Shown piece by piece: positions 13,462-27,368 of a stretch of DNA of 64,000 nucleotides. Numbering within the stretch: the first letter of the stretch is position 1; the number at the start of each line of letters is the position of its first letter. A model generated the notes under the pieces. It was not told the origin of the DNA. It did not search any database and saw only the letters and a list, made by a program, of their open reading frames with translations. Position numbers and translations under genes: made by a program. This stretch comes from Octopus vulgaris (lineage: Eukaryota): the NCBI GenBank assembly GCA_951406725.2, contig OX597816.1, positions 64,604,001-64,668,000 of the forward strand. Reading direction: 5' to 3'.

Positions 13462-13972
13462 CATACACCCATGCATATTTACTTATGAAGACGCATACGT
13501 ACATATAGGTGTTTGTGTATGAGTGTGCGTGTGTGTGTATATATATGAATGTGTGTGAATGCGTGCGTGCATGTGTGTGTTTGTGTGTATGTTTGTGAGT
13601 CTGTGTGTGAGTATGCATGTGTTTTGTACGTGTTCCTATGTATACAATGCACGAATTAATCCAGAATGTATTCATGTAATGAAAATTAATATATGTATGA
13701 TGACGAAATGAAAAATAATATGAGTGGTAACTGCATAAAGATAGAACACATTTGAGAGTAATCAATTTTAAAGACAGAGCAGATGGATTTTTTTATTGTT
13801 TTGCAGAAATAAAAATGAATTTAATTATAACTAAATTGCTATGAGTTGCAGACGAAATGGATGCACACTAAATGCGTTATAAGAATGTGGTAAATATTTA
13901 AAATATTCAGCTTCTGAAAATTCTGGTCAAAACAGGTTATTTCAAACGCGGTACAATGAAGAGGTACCCTGA

Positions 13973-14038
<66 letters not shown>

Positions 14039-14525
14039 ATGATGTATTCTGTTTAGAACGTAATGGAGTATAATATAAATGTCGTCCACCTTCAGATTTG
14101 ACCTTGGGCTCTCCGGTAGTAGTAGTAGTAGTAGTAATAATAGTAGTAGTAGTAGTTGTAGTCGTAGTATATCTTCAGGTTTCGGTTGGGCTTCTCTTGT
14201 ATGTCAAAGGATAATTGAAAAGATTGGAGTCAACAACGAGTATTTAATTTCATTCAAGCAATTGTTTCTACGCAATGTCTCTGATTGTATTTCTATATGT
14301 ACGTTTGCGTGACTTCCCGCGTGTTTCGTATGCATGGAGGTAAGTATCTATGTTTCTCCCTCCCTCTCTCTCTCTTTATATATATATATATATATATATA
14401 TAATGGAATAATTACTATGAAGTATTGTGTTGAATATATTGTATAAATAATCGTGGTTAAAACCAGAACAATGCGGAGTAAATCACAAGAAAACAAATAT
14501 ATGAATTAATGTAGACTTACCTTGT

Positions 14526-14564
14526 ATTCAATATTTCGGGGTTATGACCCCATTTTCAAGAAAT
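14526..14564 (-). ncRNA. Minimal hammerhead-like motif, U3:A8 core variant
   Basis: Minus strand UUC-UUGAAAA-U-GGGGU(CAUA)ACCCC-GAAA-UAU-U-GAA, with palindromic helix III AUAU. Confidence 0.55.
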
Positions 14565-14597
14565 TAACGAATGTTGCTACTATGATTGTATGTGAGC

Positions 14598-14642
<45 letters not shown>

Positions 14643-14850
14643 ATCTAGAAGCCGAAAATTTGAACTTACAGAGACAATATCTATATATCGCCTGAGGAAA
14701 CACACTTAGATCTCATAACGAAGGGAAACGGTTGCTTAATCAAGTACTTGCATGGCTGCAGAAGTACGCAGCATAGTAACAATGGTAGTGATTGAAAATG
14801 AATGCCCAACCGTACACCGTGTTGACTCCAAATTTTTCCAATTATATATA

Positions 14851-14906
<56 letters not shown>

Positions 14907-14919
14907 TATATATATATAC

Positions 14920-14967
<48 letters not shown>

Positions 14968-14970
<3 letters not shown>

Positions 14971-15168
14971 ATCCAAACAAGAAAGCACAAAAAACACAAC
15001 AACGCGAGGCCGTGGAACAAATATAGTATTATTGGACGCTCAGGAAAGAAGGAAAGAAGGAGGGTTTAACGTTTCGAGCGGAGCTCTTCGTCGGAAACAT
15101 AGGAGAAGGAAAGATCCAGATAAGGGAAGACAGGGAAAAAAATCGCCAACGTTACACACGAGGTCACA
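14968..15168 (-). mobile_element. ~200-bp (TA)n-anchored short element with hammerhead-like motif (family H1)
   Basis: Homologous to 21108-21312 (-), 58304-58512 (+) and partial 42930-43012 (-). The motif at 15064-15098 reads GUUU-CCGACGA-A-GAGC(UCC)GCUC-GAAA-CGU-U-AAAC. Confidence 0.8.
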
Positions 15169-15205
15169 ATATATATACCTTGTTTCACATTTATGTGCTT
15201 ACTCC

Positions 15206-15324
<119 letters not shown>

Positions 15325-16900
15325 GTGTATGTGTGTGTGTGTGTGTGTGTGTGAGGTAAAAGATTTGGCAGTAATCGTTAGCTTTTTTCGCTGTTGTAAT
15401 CCAATGCTTATTTTATATAAGCATGTGAAGAAAAAATTGTCATGGTTATACGCGCATATTCTGTATTATATTCTTTTTAAGACAATAATGTATAGGGAAA
15501 ATTTGGCAGCCCTTTCTAGTAAATCGAGCAGCCGCATAGAAGTGACCTTCGTTTTTGTAATAAGATAGGGTGTGATCTTCAGAGAGATTTGCCTGTTATT
15601 TCTGCATCAGACTTGCAAATGGTTGCCGTCATTGTTGGCTTGTCTACTACCACGAACAGGACATGCTAGGTAAGATCATCTAAGTAAAATTTTATCTGAA
15701 ATATAACAGATGATTGCTTAAAAGGCTTGGTTGAAAGGCCTAGTGGATGGAGCTTGGTCTGAAGCAGACAATATTTCAGTAACTTAAAGAAAAGATTGTT
15801 GTCTTGATCAAGTGATAAGCTACAAATGAAATGTTGTAATTTATATTCACCAGCTTGAATACAGAAGCTTTTAAGCCATTACCATCAAATTAGGCACGTA
15901 GTCTATGCAAGACCATCTTGTCTGAAAATTACTTTATTTCATAGACTGTAAGGTAGAAGTGAGTGAAACTTGGTCACTATTTCTAACAAACAGAGTGACC
16001 TCTTCCGGTACCTCATTGATCACACTACATACTCGAAATATTGTGTGTTGAGATACAACATAATTAATCAATTACTTATCTTGTTTTATCTACTTCAGTA
16101 ATAAGTGAGGTATGTCCCACATATTTAGGTCTTATTGTGAGCTCGTGATCAAAGCGTAGATTTTAAAATAATTACCAGTGTAATGATAACTATGAGAATG
16201 TACAGAGAGTACATTGGGTACTCCACCCAACATACGAGAGAACGGTGGACAAAAAATACAAGTATATTGAAAAGAAATTACTGCATGATAGTTTTATAGT
16301 TTAACGCCACTGCCAGTGCTTGGGTGGTTTTAAGGAAGGCTACTATTTTGGTAGCGTAGAGATGAAACTTCCAGGAGAGAATAACTTCCTCCTTTCTTTC
16401 TACCAATCTCCTAGGCACTTCAAGGGATCATGAACACTGCCCCCCGCCACCCCGACTAAATGATAAAATGGTGGAATTAGAAGCAAACTTTAAATAAAAT
16501 ACTGGTGTCGTTTTAGTCAACTAAACTCTTCGAGGCAGTGATTTGTAGTGGTCGGTGTTCACTGATTTAACCAAGTAATAGAACAAAATCTTTAAGTTAA
16601 TATTACGTTAAATGCAGGGACTATATAAAATAAAATAACAAGAGATTATTGTAAGTTATGCAGTAAAATGGATTAAATTTAAGCTGTGATCGACCAAGTA
16701 AAAGAACAGGCTGTATACGGTGTCTCTATTTGTTAGAAATAGTGACCAAATTTCACTCATTGCTACCATACAAAAATTATTGTAGTTAATCGTACTATCA
16801 AAGGTTACTCCAGATGGGGATAAGTTTTTAGTCATCATCGAAAGGTAAAATTCATCCTACTTATTGATGGAATTCGAAAAATTTCACTTACATATAAAAT

Positions 16901-16963
<63 letters not shown>

Positions 16964-16974
16964 GTCGCGAGTCA

Positions 16975-17154
16975 CAGGCGTGGTTGTGTGGTAAGAAGCT
17001 TGCTTCGTAAACCACATGGTTCTGAATTCAGTTCCACTGAATGGCACCTTGAAAATATGTCCTCTACTATAACGTTGGGCTTGCCAAAACCTTGTGAGTG
17101 GATTTGGTAGGCGAAAACTAAAAGAATCCAGTCGTAGGTATGTATATTGTGTGT

Positions 17155-17198
<44 letters not shown>

Positions 17199-17380
17199 AT
17201 CACCCACTACCGCTTGATAGTCCGTGTTGACGCGTTTACTTCACTGTAACCTAGAGGTTCGGTATTAATGACCGATAGAATAAGTAACAGCTTAAAATAA
17301 TTAAGTAATAGTGTTGATTCATTCAAGTAAAAATTCTTCAAGGACGTGCCCCAGCATGGCCACAGTCAAATAGTTACAAC
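16975..17380 (+). mobile_element. Family A tRNA-SINE with internal (TG)n
   Basis: GGCGTGGTTGTGTGGTAAGAAGCTTGCTTCG...TTCAGTTCCACTG...GGCACCTTG, colinear with the copy at 30094. Confidence 0.85.
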
Positions 17381-17478
17381 ACATGAAAAATATGTGTGCG
17401 TGTGTGTGCGTGTGTGTATGTGTGTATTTGTATGTGTGTGTGTATGTGTGTATGTACATATATGGGAAATTGTACTGG

Positions 17479-17620
17479 CGGTTGCTTCCGGAGTATGTGA
17501 GGGAGAGAAATAGAGTTGACGAAGAAATAGAAAGGAGAGTGAAGTCTCCCTCTAAGGTGAGATAACAGCTGTTTCTTCGTCAAATCTATTTCTCTCCCTC
17601 TCTTACTCTGAAAGCAACCG
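17479..17620. repeat. Fold-back inverted repeat (~50-bp arms) next to (TA)n
   Basis: CGGTTGCTTCCGGAGTATGTGAGGGAGAGAAATAGAGTTGACGAAGAAATAG pairs with CTGTTTCTTCGTCAAATCTATTTCTCTCCCTCTCTTACTCTGAAAGCAACCG. Confidence 0.88.
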
Positions 17621-17671
17621 AATGTGGCAGCACCAACATTCGCCAGTAGAACCGCCAGAGAACCGCTGAGG

Positions 17672-17732
<61 letters not shown>

Positions 17733-17750
17733 CATACATACATACATACA

Positions 17751-17812
<62 letters not shown>

Positions 17813-19367
17813 CAGTTCGAGGAAATCGGTTATGGCTCGCTGTAAAGTTTGAGAGTTTGGATAAATTCGTCTGCTGTGGGAGGAGTTTCCACACCGACTA
17901 TGAGATACTTCAAAATCTCCTTATTTACTCTTCCCTCCACTGCATACAAATTTATTCAGACTCCTTACACCTCACCGTAAAGTATTGTACACTGGTTGGA
18001 AAGTAAAATAAAATTAGCGAATAAATAACACATAGATGTCAACTGCATGAAAAACAATTGTTTCGGTTATTGGGTACGACACTGCCAGCTCTCTCTGCTG
18101 GTCGTCTGGTAGTCAATCAAAGCGACCATATATATATATATATATATACCCTTTCATTGTCGACATAACTGATGTAATTTGTAACAAATAGAGAATATAA
18201 TAAATCCGGTCACAGATTGGATTTGCTTACAATTTATTGTAGCACTGTTTATTGTCCCTGTTGCATGCTGTGTGAACAATATAAGGTATAATAATATATA
18301 CACGAGCAAACAGGCATAGAAGAGAAAAAAGATAGATATAAGGATATGTATGTCTGAAAGGGGATGTGTTTTCTATACCTGTATGTGTATGTGGCTTCCT
18401 AATAAGAAAATTAGGCTTTATTTGTGTAAACTCATATAAAAGCTAGCTTAATTTATATGTAGTAATAACATATAATTCCCTGGCTACTTTCTACATGCAC
18501 TTTCTATCCATTCACATTGCACAAACGCTTTACGTAAAGTATTGGTTTTTCAAGCCACAGTTAGAATGCCATATATTTTATTTAGTAACTTCACGTAGCT
18601 GTCGATAAACGAATAACTATGCTTCTCAAGCTAAACGATGATGACTCATCTTGCTGAAATTTGCTTTCTGTTAGCGACACCAGTTCCGTGATACTAACTG
18701 AGAGGAAAGATTTCCTTCCTGGCTATTTTCTTTCTCTATTTTTTTCCCCCTGAAATTGAATTCCTAATAAAAAAGGAGTGGAGGCGGGATTTGGAAACTT
18801 TCTTAGTGCATATCATCAAATTTGTTAAAAGTTATAAAACCAAGTTGGGAAACTTTCTCGGTGCATCATCATCATCCAGTTGTTTGAACGCTAGAAAGTT
18901 ATGCGCGTATAAAATACCTTCGATAAAGTACTTCTGTAAAAAAAAAGTAATGGATCACTTTATTTACAAAACAGAATCGGTTGAGCTTCGGATAAATCAC
19001 CTTGCAGCATTTATTTTGTAACGCCTCCATAAATTTGAATCTAAATAATTTATACAAGCCAGTCTGATGGGAGTTTCGATGAAGACAACTATATGCCTCC
19101 CCACGACTCTCATTGTATACATGCTAGAAATTACTTTTATAAATCGTGCACAATGTGAGCCAAATTAATTTTAATGGAGTGTTGCAAAGGCAAAAGTTGC
19201 GCCTATGCCCTCAGCATACCCTCCGGATGCAAAATACAGTCAACCACTTCTAGCAACTGAGCAGTTCTTACACACTACAGTAGCTCGTACCGGGAGATAC
19301 TGACTAATAAATAATGAATAACTCAGTTCTGATATACATAGCAAACAATTTGTCCTCACTACCATGA

Positions 19368-19735
19368 AGGCGGCGAGCTGGCCGAAATGCGTAGCCGTAT
19401 TTTGTCTGCCATTACGTTCTGAGTTCAAATTCTGCCGAGGTCGACTTTGCCTTTCATCCCTTCGGGGTCGATAAATTAAGTACCATTTACGCACTGGGGT
19501 CGATGTAATCGACTTAATCCGTTTGTCTTCTCTGTGTTTAGCCCCTTGTGGGTAGTAAAGAAATATGTATTTCGTCTGCCATTACGCACTGAGTTCAAAT
19601 TTCGCCGAGGTCGACTTTGCCTTTCATCCTTTAGGGGTCGATAAATTAAGTACCAGTTACGCACTGGGGTCGATGTAATCGACTTAATCTCTTTGTCAGT
19701 CCTTGTTTGTCCCCTCTATGGGCAATAAAGAAAAA
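19368..19735 (+). mobile_element. Family B SINE, tandem dimer
   Basis: Two successive copies of the GTATTTyGTCTGCCATTACG...GGGGTCGATGTAATCGACTTAATC body. Confidence 0.9.
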
Positions 19736-20821
19736 AAATTACACTCTACTACCATAACATCTGAAAGAGGCATTCAGTAACATGGTACACAGAAGAATAT
19801 GGCATATAATCACAACTGAAAATGTCTTTCATCATAGATTTTCTTATTCGGAGCTGACCCGACAACAGCAATAAGATTCTGCAAGAAATCTCTCTTTTCA
19901 TCAATTTCTTTCTTTTTAACTTTCAGCTTGATCTTTTGAAAACTTAGCGACTCCTCTCAAATGTCAAAATCAGTAATAAACACCCTCGACGAAACTACTT
20001 CCAAGCCTTCTCCTGTTTATAAGTCTTACAAACTCATACATATAGAGATAAAATGCAGAAAGTTATCTTATTTTTCAAATGCACAAGGACACTAATTATT
20101 GTTCTCAAAAAAAAAAAAAAAACAATTTTGCTCCAACCGAATTCTATTACACTCTATGGAAATAATTATACAGCGTCTCATCGGTAAGAAGCTACCCCAC
20201 TGTTACTGCTAACGTCGTGTCTCTTTCACTAACAGCAGATCAAATCTGGTAGAAGCGTTTCTTAACAACGCCGTTTTCGGGGTTGTTAAGAATGACTCGT
20301 AAATCTAACAGAGAATGACCCTTTCATTTCAATGAACAGTGTTCATTGGTACTGAAAAATAGCAACGTTCGACCATAAAAAAATGGCATAAAAATCATCC
20401 AGCTAAGCTTCTAGACAGTATCTGCTACCATCGAACAACTGCAGCGCTAACTTGCGGAAGGTCTCGGAGCACATTCTATCAATAATTCGTGGACCATAGG
20501 TTGTTACATCATGTCTTCCAGATTCTTTAGTACAGTGCTGTCATCACTGGTTTTATGCATTCCCATGTGGCTAGTCGTATTCTTGTGTGACGTAGATGTG
20601 TTTATCGCGGTGATTTAACATGCAAGTTCTGAAGCATGTTTTCGCCGCAAAGCGTATGTGAGCCATGCCCAGTTGATTTATTATTTAGACTATATCAGGT
20701 CATGTAGGTTTGTGTTGCTTTTGTTGTTGTTGCTCATAATAGAATCGTTTAGTCCTAAATTAGTCCAAATCGACCAGATCTTGTTGGTCAAGGTATTTCA
20801 GCCATCACCATCACACACATA

Positions 20822-20885
<64 letters not shown>

Positions 20886-21038
20886 ATATATATGTTTTAT
20901 CGTATCTTTAATTTTTTCTATATGGTTTGATTTAAGTATATCATTGTTGAATTGCTTCATGGTGGTTCTTCTCTAATTTATATACATATACATACACACA
21001 CACATACATACATACATACATACATAAACATACATACA

Positions 21039-21072
<34 letters not shown>

Positions 21073-21107
21073 CATACATACATACATACATATATATATA
21101 TACATAG

Positions 21108-21312
21108 CTAATCGAAACCTGAAAACACAAAGAGAAAACACAATAACGCGGCGACGCGGAACAAGTATAGTATTATAGGACGCTCAGGAAAAGAAAGAAA
21201 GGAGGAGGATTTAACGCTTCGAGCAGAGCTCTTCGTCAGAAACATAGAAAAGGAAAGGTTCAAGGAAAGGAAGACGGAGAAAGAAAATCGCCAACGATAC
21301 ACACGCGGTCAC
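21108..21312 (-). mobile_element. Family H1 element with hammerhead-like motif
   Basis: The motif at 21209-21243 (-) reads GUUU-CUGACGA-A-GAGC(UCU)GCUC-GAAG-CGU-U-AAAU. The element abuts a TA/TACA microsatellite. Confidence 0.8.
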
Positions 21313-21335
21313 ACACACGCGGTCACACACGGAGT

Positions 21336-21369
<34 letters not shown>

Positions 21370-21394
21370 CACACATTAATATATATATATCATT

Positions 21395-21610
21395 CATCCT
21401 CGTCATCATTTAACGGTCGATTTCCATGCTGTCATGAATTGGACGCTTTGACAAGAACTGGTAAGACCGGGGAACTCCGCAAGTTCTATTGTCTGTTCTG
21501 ACATGGTTTTCTACAGCTGAATGCTCTTCCTGACGCTAACCACCTTACAGAGGTACTGAGTGCTTATTTATATATAGCACCAGCGCCAGTGCTTTTAACG
21601 TGGGACCAGT
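21395..21610 (-). mobile_element. Retroposon 3' tail ending in (GAT)n, same family as 43900-44482
   Basis: The reverse strand has GGTTAGCGTCAGGAAGAGCATTCAGCTGTAGAAA...CATGACAGCATGGAAATCGACCGTTAAATGATGA. Confidence 0.75.
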
Positions 21611-22191
21611 ATACGTATGTTTACTTATTATTGTATGTTATTTATTATTTCAGGCTTCACTATAATTTCTACTTTTCGTTGAATTACTTGGTATACATTT
21701 GGAATTGCGAATTTCCTAACAACACTGTTTGGTGATCAGCATTGTTTTAAAACTGCTAATGAATTTTCTTCACTATCTGCTCTGTGTGATTCTGTGTAAC
21801 AAATCCGCAGCGTGCCACCCGTTGATGTGTATAATATATCTATTGCTAGTTCGATGAACAAAGCTTTATATCAATCAGTAATAGGGTTATATATGATCGA
21901 GTATGCCTATGGTCAAAGGCTTTCCAGCCGTGCTCAGTTCCTAATTATCGATATTGCGGACTGATTTTTGCAGTGACTGCTAATTTAAGACACTGGAGTA
22001 TGGTTTCAGAGACATTTTTAATGCTATTTCTGTCAAGTAGAGCGAAAAGGTAGGAATACTATTGAGGAGTGAATTCTAAAGTTCTATTCAATAAAAAGCT
22101 GGTGCTGGGTACAAATGATGATACAAAGTAAGGGTGATGAGCAAGGAGGAGATTTGTGCAGCTTTGTTGGGGGTGGTATTCAACTAGTTAA

Positions 22192-22421
22192 GGCGGCGAG
22201 CTGGCAGAAACGTTACACGCCGGTCGAAATGCTTAGCGGTATTTCGTCTGCCGTTACCTTCTGAGTTCAAATTCCGCCGAGGTCAACTTTGCCTTTCATC
22301 CTTTCGGGGTCGATTAAATAAGTACCAGTTACGCACTGGGGTCGATATAATCGACTTAATCCGTTTGCCTGTCCGTGTTTGTTCCCTCTGTGTTTAGCCC
22401 CTTGTGGGTAGTAAATAAATA
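22192..22421 (+). mobile_element. Family B SINE, full length
   Basis: GGCGGCGAGCTGGCAGAAACG head. 17-bp TSD GGTATTCAA(C/A)TAGTTAA at 22175 and 22422. Confidence 0.92.
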
Positions 22422-22476
22422 GGTATTCAAATAGTTAACTCAGTGTAGTAGAGGTAGTTGTAGTAGCAGAGATATG

Positions 22477-22795
22477 GGGGTGCGTGACTTATTGCTTACC
22501 ATATTCCGCTCACGATTGTAAGGTAGTGGGTTCGAAAACCAGTGGTGCGTTGCATCCTTCAGAAAGACACTTTATTTCATGCTGCCCCAGCCCAGCCAGC
22601 TGGCCAAATCGAGTACCTATAATTCAAAGGGCTATACTTGCCACATTCCGTGTCACACTGATTCTCCCTGAGAACTATGTTAAGGGTACGCGTGTCTGTG
22701 GAAAGCTCAGCTACATACACCACGATTTTACGAGCAGCCTCTTCCGTTGATCGGATCAACTAGAACCCCCATCCTCGTAATCGACAGAATGCCAG
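22477..22795 (+). mobile_element. Family C SINE, diverged
   Basis: tRNA-like head plus the tail CTCCCTGAGAACTATGTTAAGGGTACGCGTGTCTGTGGA shared with the copy at 10723. Confidence 0.8.
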
Positions 22796-25775
22796 TTAAT
22801 GGCAGAGAGAATGGCAAACCGTATGTGACCTGAGATTGTAGCTTGTCTCTTAGTCAATTCTAGCAATCAATTAACTGGAGTTTGTAAATGATTTGCACGT
22901 ATTTTGCATGAAGTAGCTGCACCAGTCATATATAGGAGCCATGCTGCATTTCAGATCTTATTTCTGCTTCCGAAACGGCTCGCTATTATTCAGAGTTAAG
23001 AAGCCAGACTTATTCTCAGTATGCCATTTCAGCTACATTATATATAAGGAATCTTTAGCAAACTTCGTCGTAGTAGGGAGATTTAGTATCTGCGACGACA
23101 TTGGCTTCTATCGTATGTTATCCAAGAATGTGAAGTAGAAGTTGTTTTTTACTTTCTTACGTGCAGTGATAGTTCTGTTTTCTTTTACGAAAAAGAAAGT
23201 TAGCACGTATAATTTTAGTTACACCCATATTAGAGGATGTTTTTGAAGTCGTTATTTACAGATACAATGCAACTTAATGTGAGGTGTTTTGTTGTATGTC
23301 TGTGACATCTATGGGTGGAAGGTAAGGGAGTGAAGAGTGAATTATGATGTCCTTATGACTTATTCAGAGGCGGAAGTGCGGCACCCATAACATATTGCGT
23401 GACGTCCGAGGATGAAGCGAAGTGGGAAGAAGCGAGAAGTGAAACATTTATGTTTGCTCCTCATACAAGAAATCTTATTCAAATGTTTGTATCTGAGTGA
23501 ATTTCACTAAGTGCTCCAACGTTTCAGGTGGTATTGATGTCAACGGGGCTACAGATTAAGTTTAAAACTCGCAAGAAAAAAACAAAGAAACGTTACCCCA
23601 CCTCTTTTGGTCCCGCCATTTAACTCGCAGCCTGCGGGTCACGTCGAGTCTATGTGCTGCCAAGTGGAATGCAAAAGTACGTAATTACCTGGCGGTAATT
23701 TATCGACCTGGAGGTAATTTACCGACCTCGAAAGGATGAAGGCAGAATTTCAACTCAGAATTTAAAGACGGACGATATGGTACTGGTATAGCGATTGTAA
23801 AACGAAAAAAAAAAACCTTCAATGCTTGAATACCTTTAATCATGGATGTAAATGATACGGTCTAAATTTCTTTTAAGATACAAACAACATTTCGCTTATA
23901 AAACATTATTAAAGCCTGCTGCAGGCTTTAGACTTCACGACTGAAGAATATTCTCATATCTTTAGCTAACTCTTTGCTTGCATTAAATCCACTCAATCCA
24001 AAAGGAATATTATAATAGGTAAACCAGTAGGAGACTTATAGAGACTGCTTAGAACGGAGAGATTCCATATTTCGTTTCATCTTGGTATCTCAGGTCCGTT
24101 CTGACCCCCGGACGGTGCTGCCAGACATGAGCCCTAATTATTGTTCAACCAGTTGAAGATCCTGCAGCTGAAGCATACCGCATTCCGAAGGGAGCCTGAC
24201 TCCAAGACGTGTGTAATTTAGATCCACCGCAATGTGGACATGTACTAATAAAACGTGTAGCTACCTCTGTGTGTGTTAACCAAGACTAAGCTATTATCTC
24301 AGGATAAGCTCGAAACTCAAAAATGCATGAAACTAGTGGAGTAACAACAGATAAGCCAGCAAAAGTGAAAGGGAAACCACTGTTGTACCTTACCAAGGAA
24401 ATATCAAGTATCTTCGCACTTTGGTATAGAGTTCCACGATCGCCAACTTCTGTCGGATTTGCACATGAATAGAAAGCCTTTGCTTAGATGATAGACTTTT
24501 TTCGTCACCTGGTTTGACCCCCATCAGTTGGCACCTTGGGTAACTTTATCGGAACACGCCCTGTTGCAAGCATTCGAGTTACACCACTTGTTTGAGAGTA
24601 ACTTTCACCTATTAGTCTCATGATTATGGGTATTGTCGTTCCTCCAAGACTAAGCAATAACAGAAAACGTAGAATCGATAACGATATCTCCTTTGAATAT
24701 TTCACACGATTCTTAAGGGGTTAACACTATCGAAAAACTAGTTAATGTCTGGCTCACAAATGTCTTTACAGAATGTTGAAAAGACTTAGATTCATAATTG
24801 ATTTGACTACTATTGGTTCTAAAAGTGATCGGTAATATTTTAAGAGGTAAAAACCCCAGAGTCGAGATAATTGATCTCATTGTTGTGCTGTCTAATTTTA
24901 AATTAGAATAAACACCGAATTAATAAAGTATTGTACAACTGAGAGAACCTACAAATGATATAAGTTTACGAATCCAGTTTTAACAATGGACGCTTTATAG
25001 TTTCTCTGAATGGTGCGTCGCATAACAAACATAGCAAAATAAAAGGAATAAAGAAAAACGGAAAGAAAATCTTAAAGAAAAAAAAATATTGAGTATATTA
25101 ATGCAGCGTGGTAATTAAAGGAAAATTACGTGCCTAGAGGCATAGACAACATTAGCAGTAGATTATATTAACCATTCACCTACTGTGGTCAGAGTTAGTT
25201 GAACGTTCAATCAAAATATATATTCTCACGGTTAATGATGTCGTAAACACGTTAATGGGAGGTATTTTCTATTTATCATCGCAGTAAACATAAACTACAC
25301 TAAGATAAATGTACTTTCATTCGAGTGTAGTTTCTATTTGATTAGCCATGTTTATTATTTCACGTAAAATAAACCACATAGCTGGAACAGATCACACATT
25401 TTCAACGATCACGTGTAAAAATCAAATCATGAGAAAATAATTGAGTTGAAATATTGTTAGAACTTTTCGAAAATTCAGTTTACTAGTTCATATGTTTCAG
25501 TAAGGTGTTAATAGATGTTCTTTTGTTTATTTCTGAATAAGAGTTGTTCTGTCAGAGTATCTAACTAAGAGTTTCTACCAATGTGAAACAGGTGAAATGT
25601 TTGGTGAAATTTCGTGTAATGTCTGAAAGTCTATTATAAAATTAGTTAAGTACAAGGCACCCCATCGATTTGTACTATTCAAAACCCGGTGGCAACAACA
25701 TCTTTGAAACGGAAACCAGTCATCTTAGTTGTACTTATGTACCTATCACTGTGTTATTGCGCACATCGATAATTT

Positions 25776-25810
<35 letters not shown>

Positions 25811-25886
25811 GTGTCTTTCTTCAAACGCATACATACTTACATTCATACATACATATATGTTTGTGTGTTGTGTTTGTGTATGTGTG

Positions 25887-25958
<72 letters not shown>

Positions 25959-26114
25959 TACATTTAAATATGTATATATATATATATACACGTTTGTATG
26001 TATGTATAAGATGAAGATATAGATATTCATATCTATGGATACACACATATATATATGCACACATACATATATATATATATATATGTGCGTACGCACTGTT
26101 ATATTGCTGTATGC

Positions 26115-26152
<38 letters not shown>

Positions 26153-26240
26153 TTCTTGTATTAATGTATTATAATAGTATATAAATGTTAGCAACCAGTA
26201 TCAATATACGTATTTTGCTATATTTACCCTCCTCCTCTCA

Positions 26241-26324
<84 letters not shown>

Positions 26325-26408
26325 ATGCGTGTGTATACACACAGATACGAATAATTAAATACACATCCATATGTATAAATATATTACTACATAAGTATAT
26401 ACTGACAC

Positions 26409-26486
<78 letters not shown>
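26409..26486. repeat. (GATA)n microsatellite
   Basis: Seen directly. Confidence 0.97.
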
Positions 26487-26661
26487 GTGAATAGCTCTTA
26501 TATATTTTGAATGTCTCAGCAAAAATATTGCAACTCAGTATAAATTCTTATTTCAGAGACTTTGATAACCTATTAAAACAAATATTACTTTCGATCTCTT
26601 TCACAAACTACCTATTATGTAGTAATGTGATCTTCACCGTCTTATATATATACGTATTTAA

Positions 26662-26891
26662 GGCGACGAGGTGGCAGAAACATTAGCACGCCGGGCGAAA
26701 TGCTTAGCGGTATTTCGTCTACCGCTACGTTCTGAGTTCAAATTCTGCCGAGGTCAACTTTGCCTTTCATCCTTTCAGGGTCGATAAATAAAGAACCAGT
26801 TTCGCACTGGGGTCGATTTAATCGACGTAATCCCTTTGTCTGTCCTTGTTTGTCCCCTCTCTGTTTAGTCCCTTGTGGGCAAAAAGAAATA
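26662..26891 (+). mobile_element. Family B SINE, full length
   Basis: Same consensus as 22192. 15-bp TSD ATATATACGTATTTA at 26646 and 26893. Confidence 0.92.
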
Positions 26892-27009
26892 CATATATAC
26901 GTATTTATGCCAAAACACACACACATATATATTTGTATTATATAGGTGCGCGTGATTGTTTGTGTGCGTGTATGCATATATACAAGGATACACACACACA
27001 CACATTATA

Positions 27010-27064
<55 letters not shown>

Positions 27065-27280
27065 GTATATATATATATATTTGTTTTCGATGTCTTTGGG
27101 AGAGAAATTGGTGTTAGTCCTTTGTATCATTTTTTATTCATCCAGTATTAAAGGCTGCCGTGGTTATGTAAAATCCAATCTAAAAGACAAGGTGGGTCAA
27201 GTAGGTACTGTAAATTTAGAGTGAATACTTGAGAAGTATAAGCACCTGTATATGCCAGATAGTGGCAGAAGTGAGAGAAT

Positions 27281-27368
27281 ATATCAAACATAAATTAACA
27301 ACAGAACACGAAGGACAGAAAGGAGTTCGCGTTCCTTTGTGTTCCGTTTTTAATTTATGTTTGATATA
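27281..27368. repeat. Short fold-back hairpin abutting (TA)n
   Basis: ATATCAAACATAAATTAACAACAGAACACGAAGGA pairs with TCCTTTGTGTTCCGTTTTTAATTTATGTTTGATAT. Confidence 0.85.

Noticed and set aside
20170-20690. Possible decayed RTE-like C-terminus, and an RTE-like 5' UTR at ~24000-24720
   Set aside because: The similarity by eye is too weak to annotate. It needs tblastn or an HMM search.
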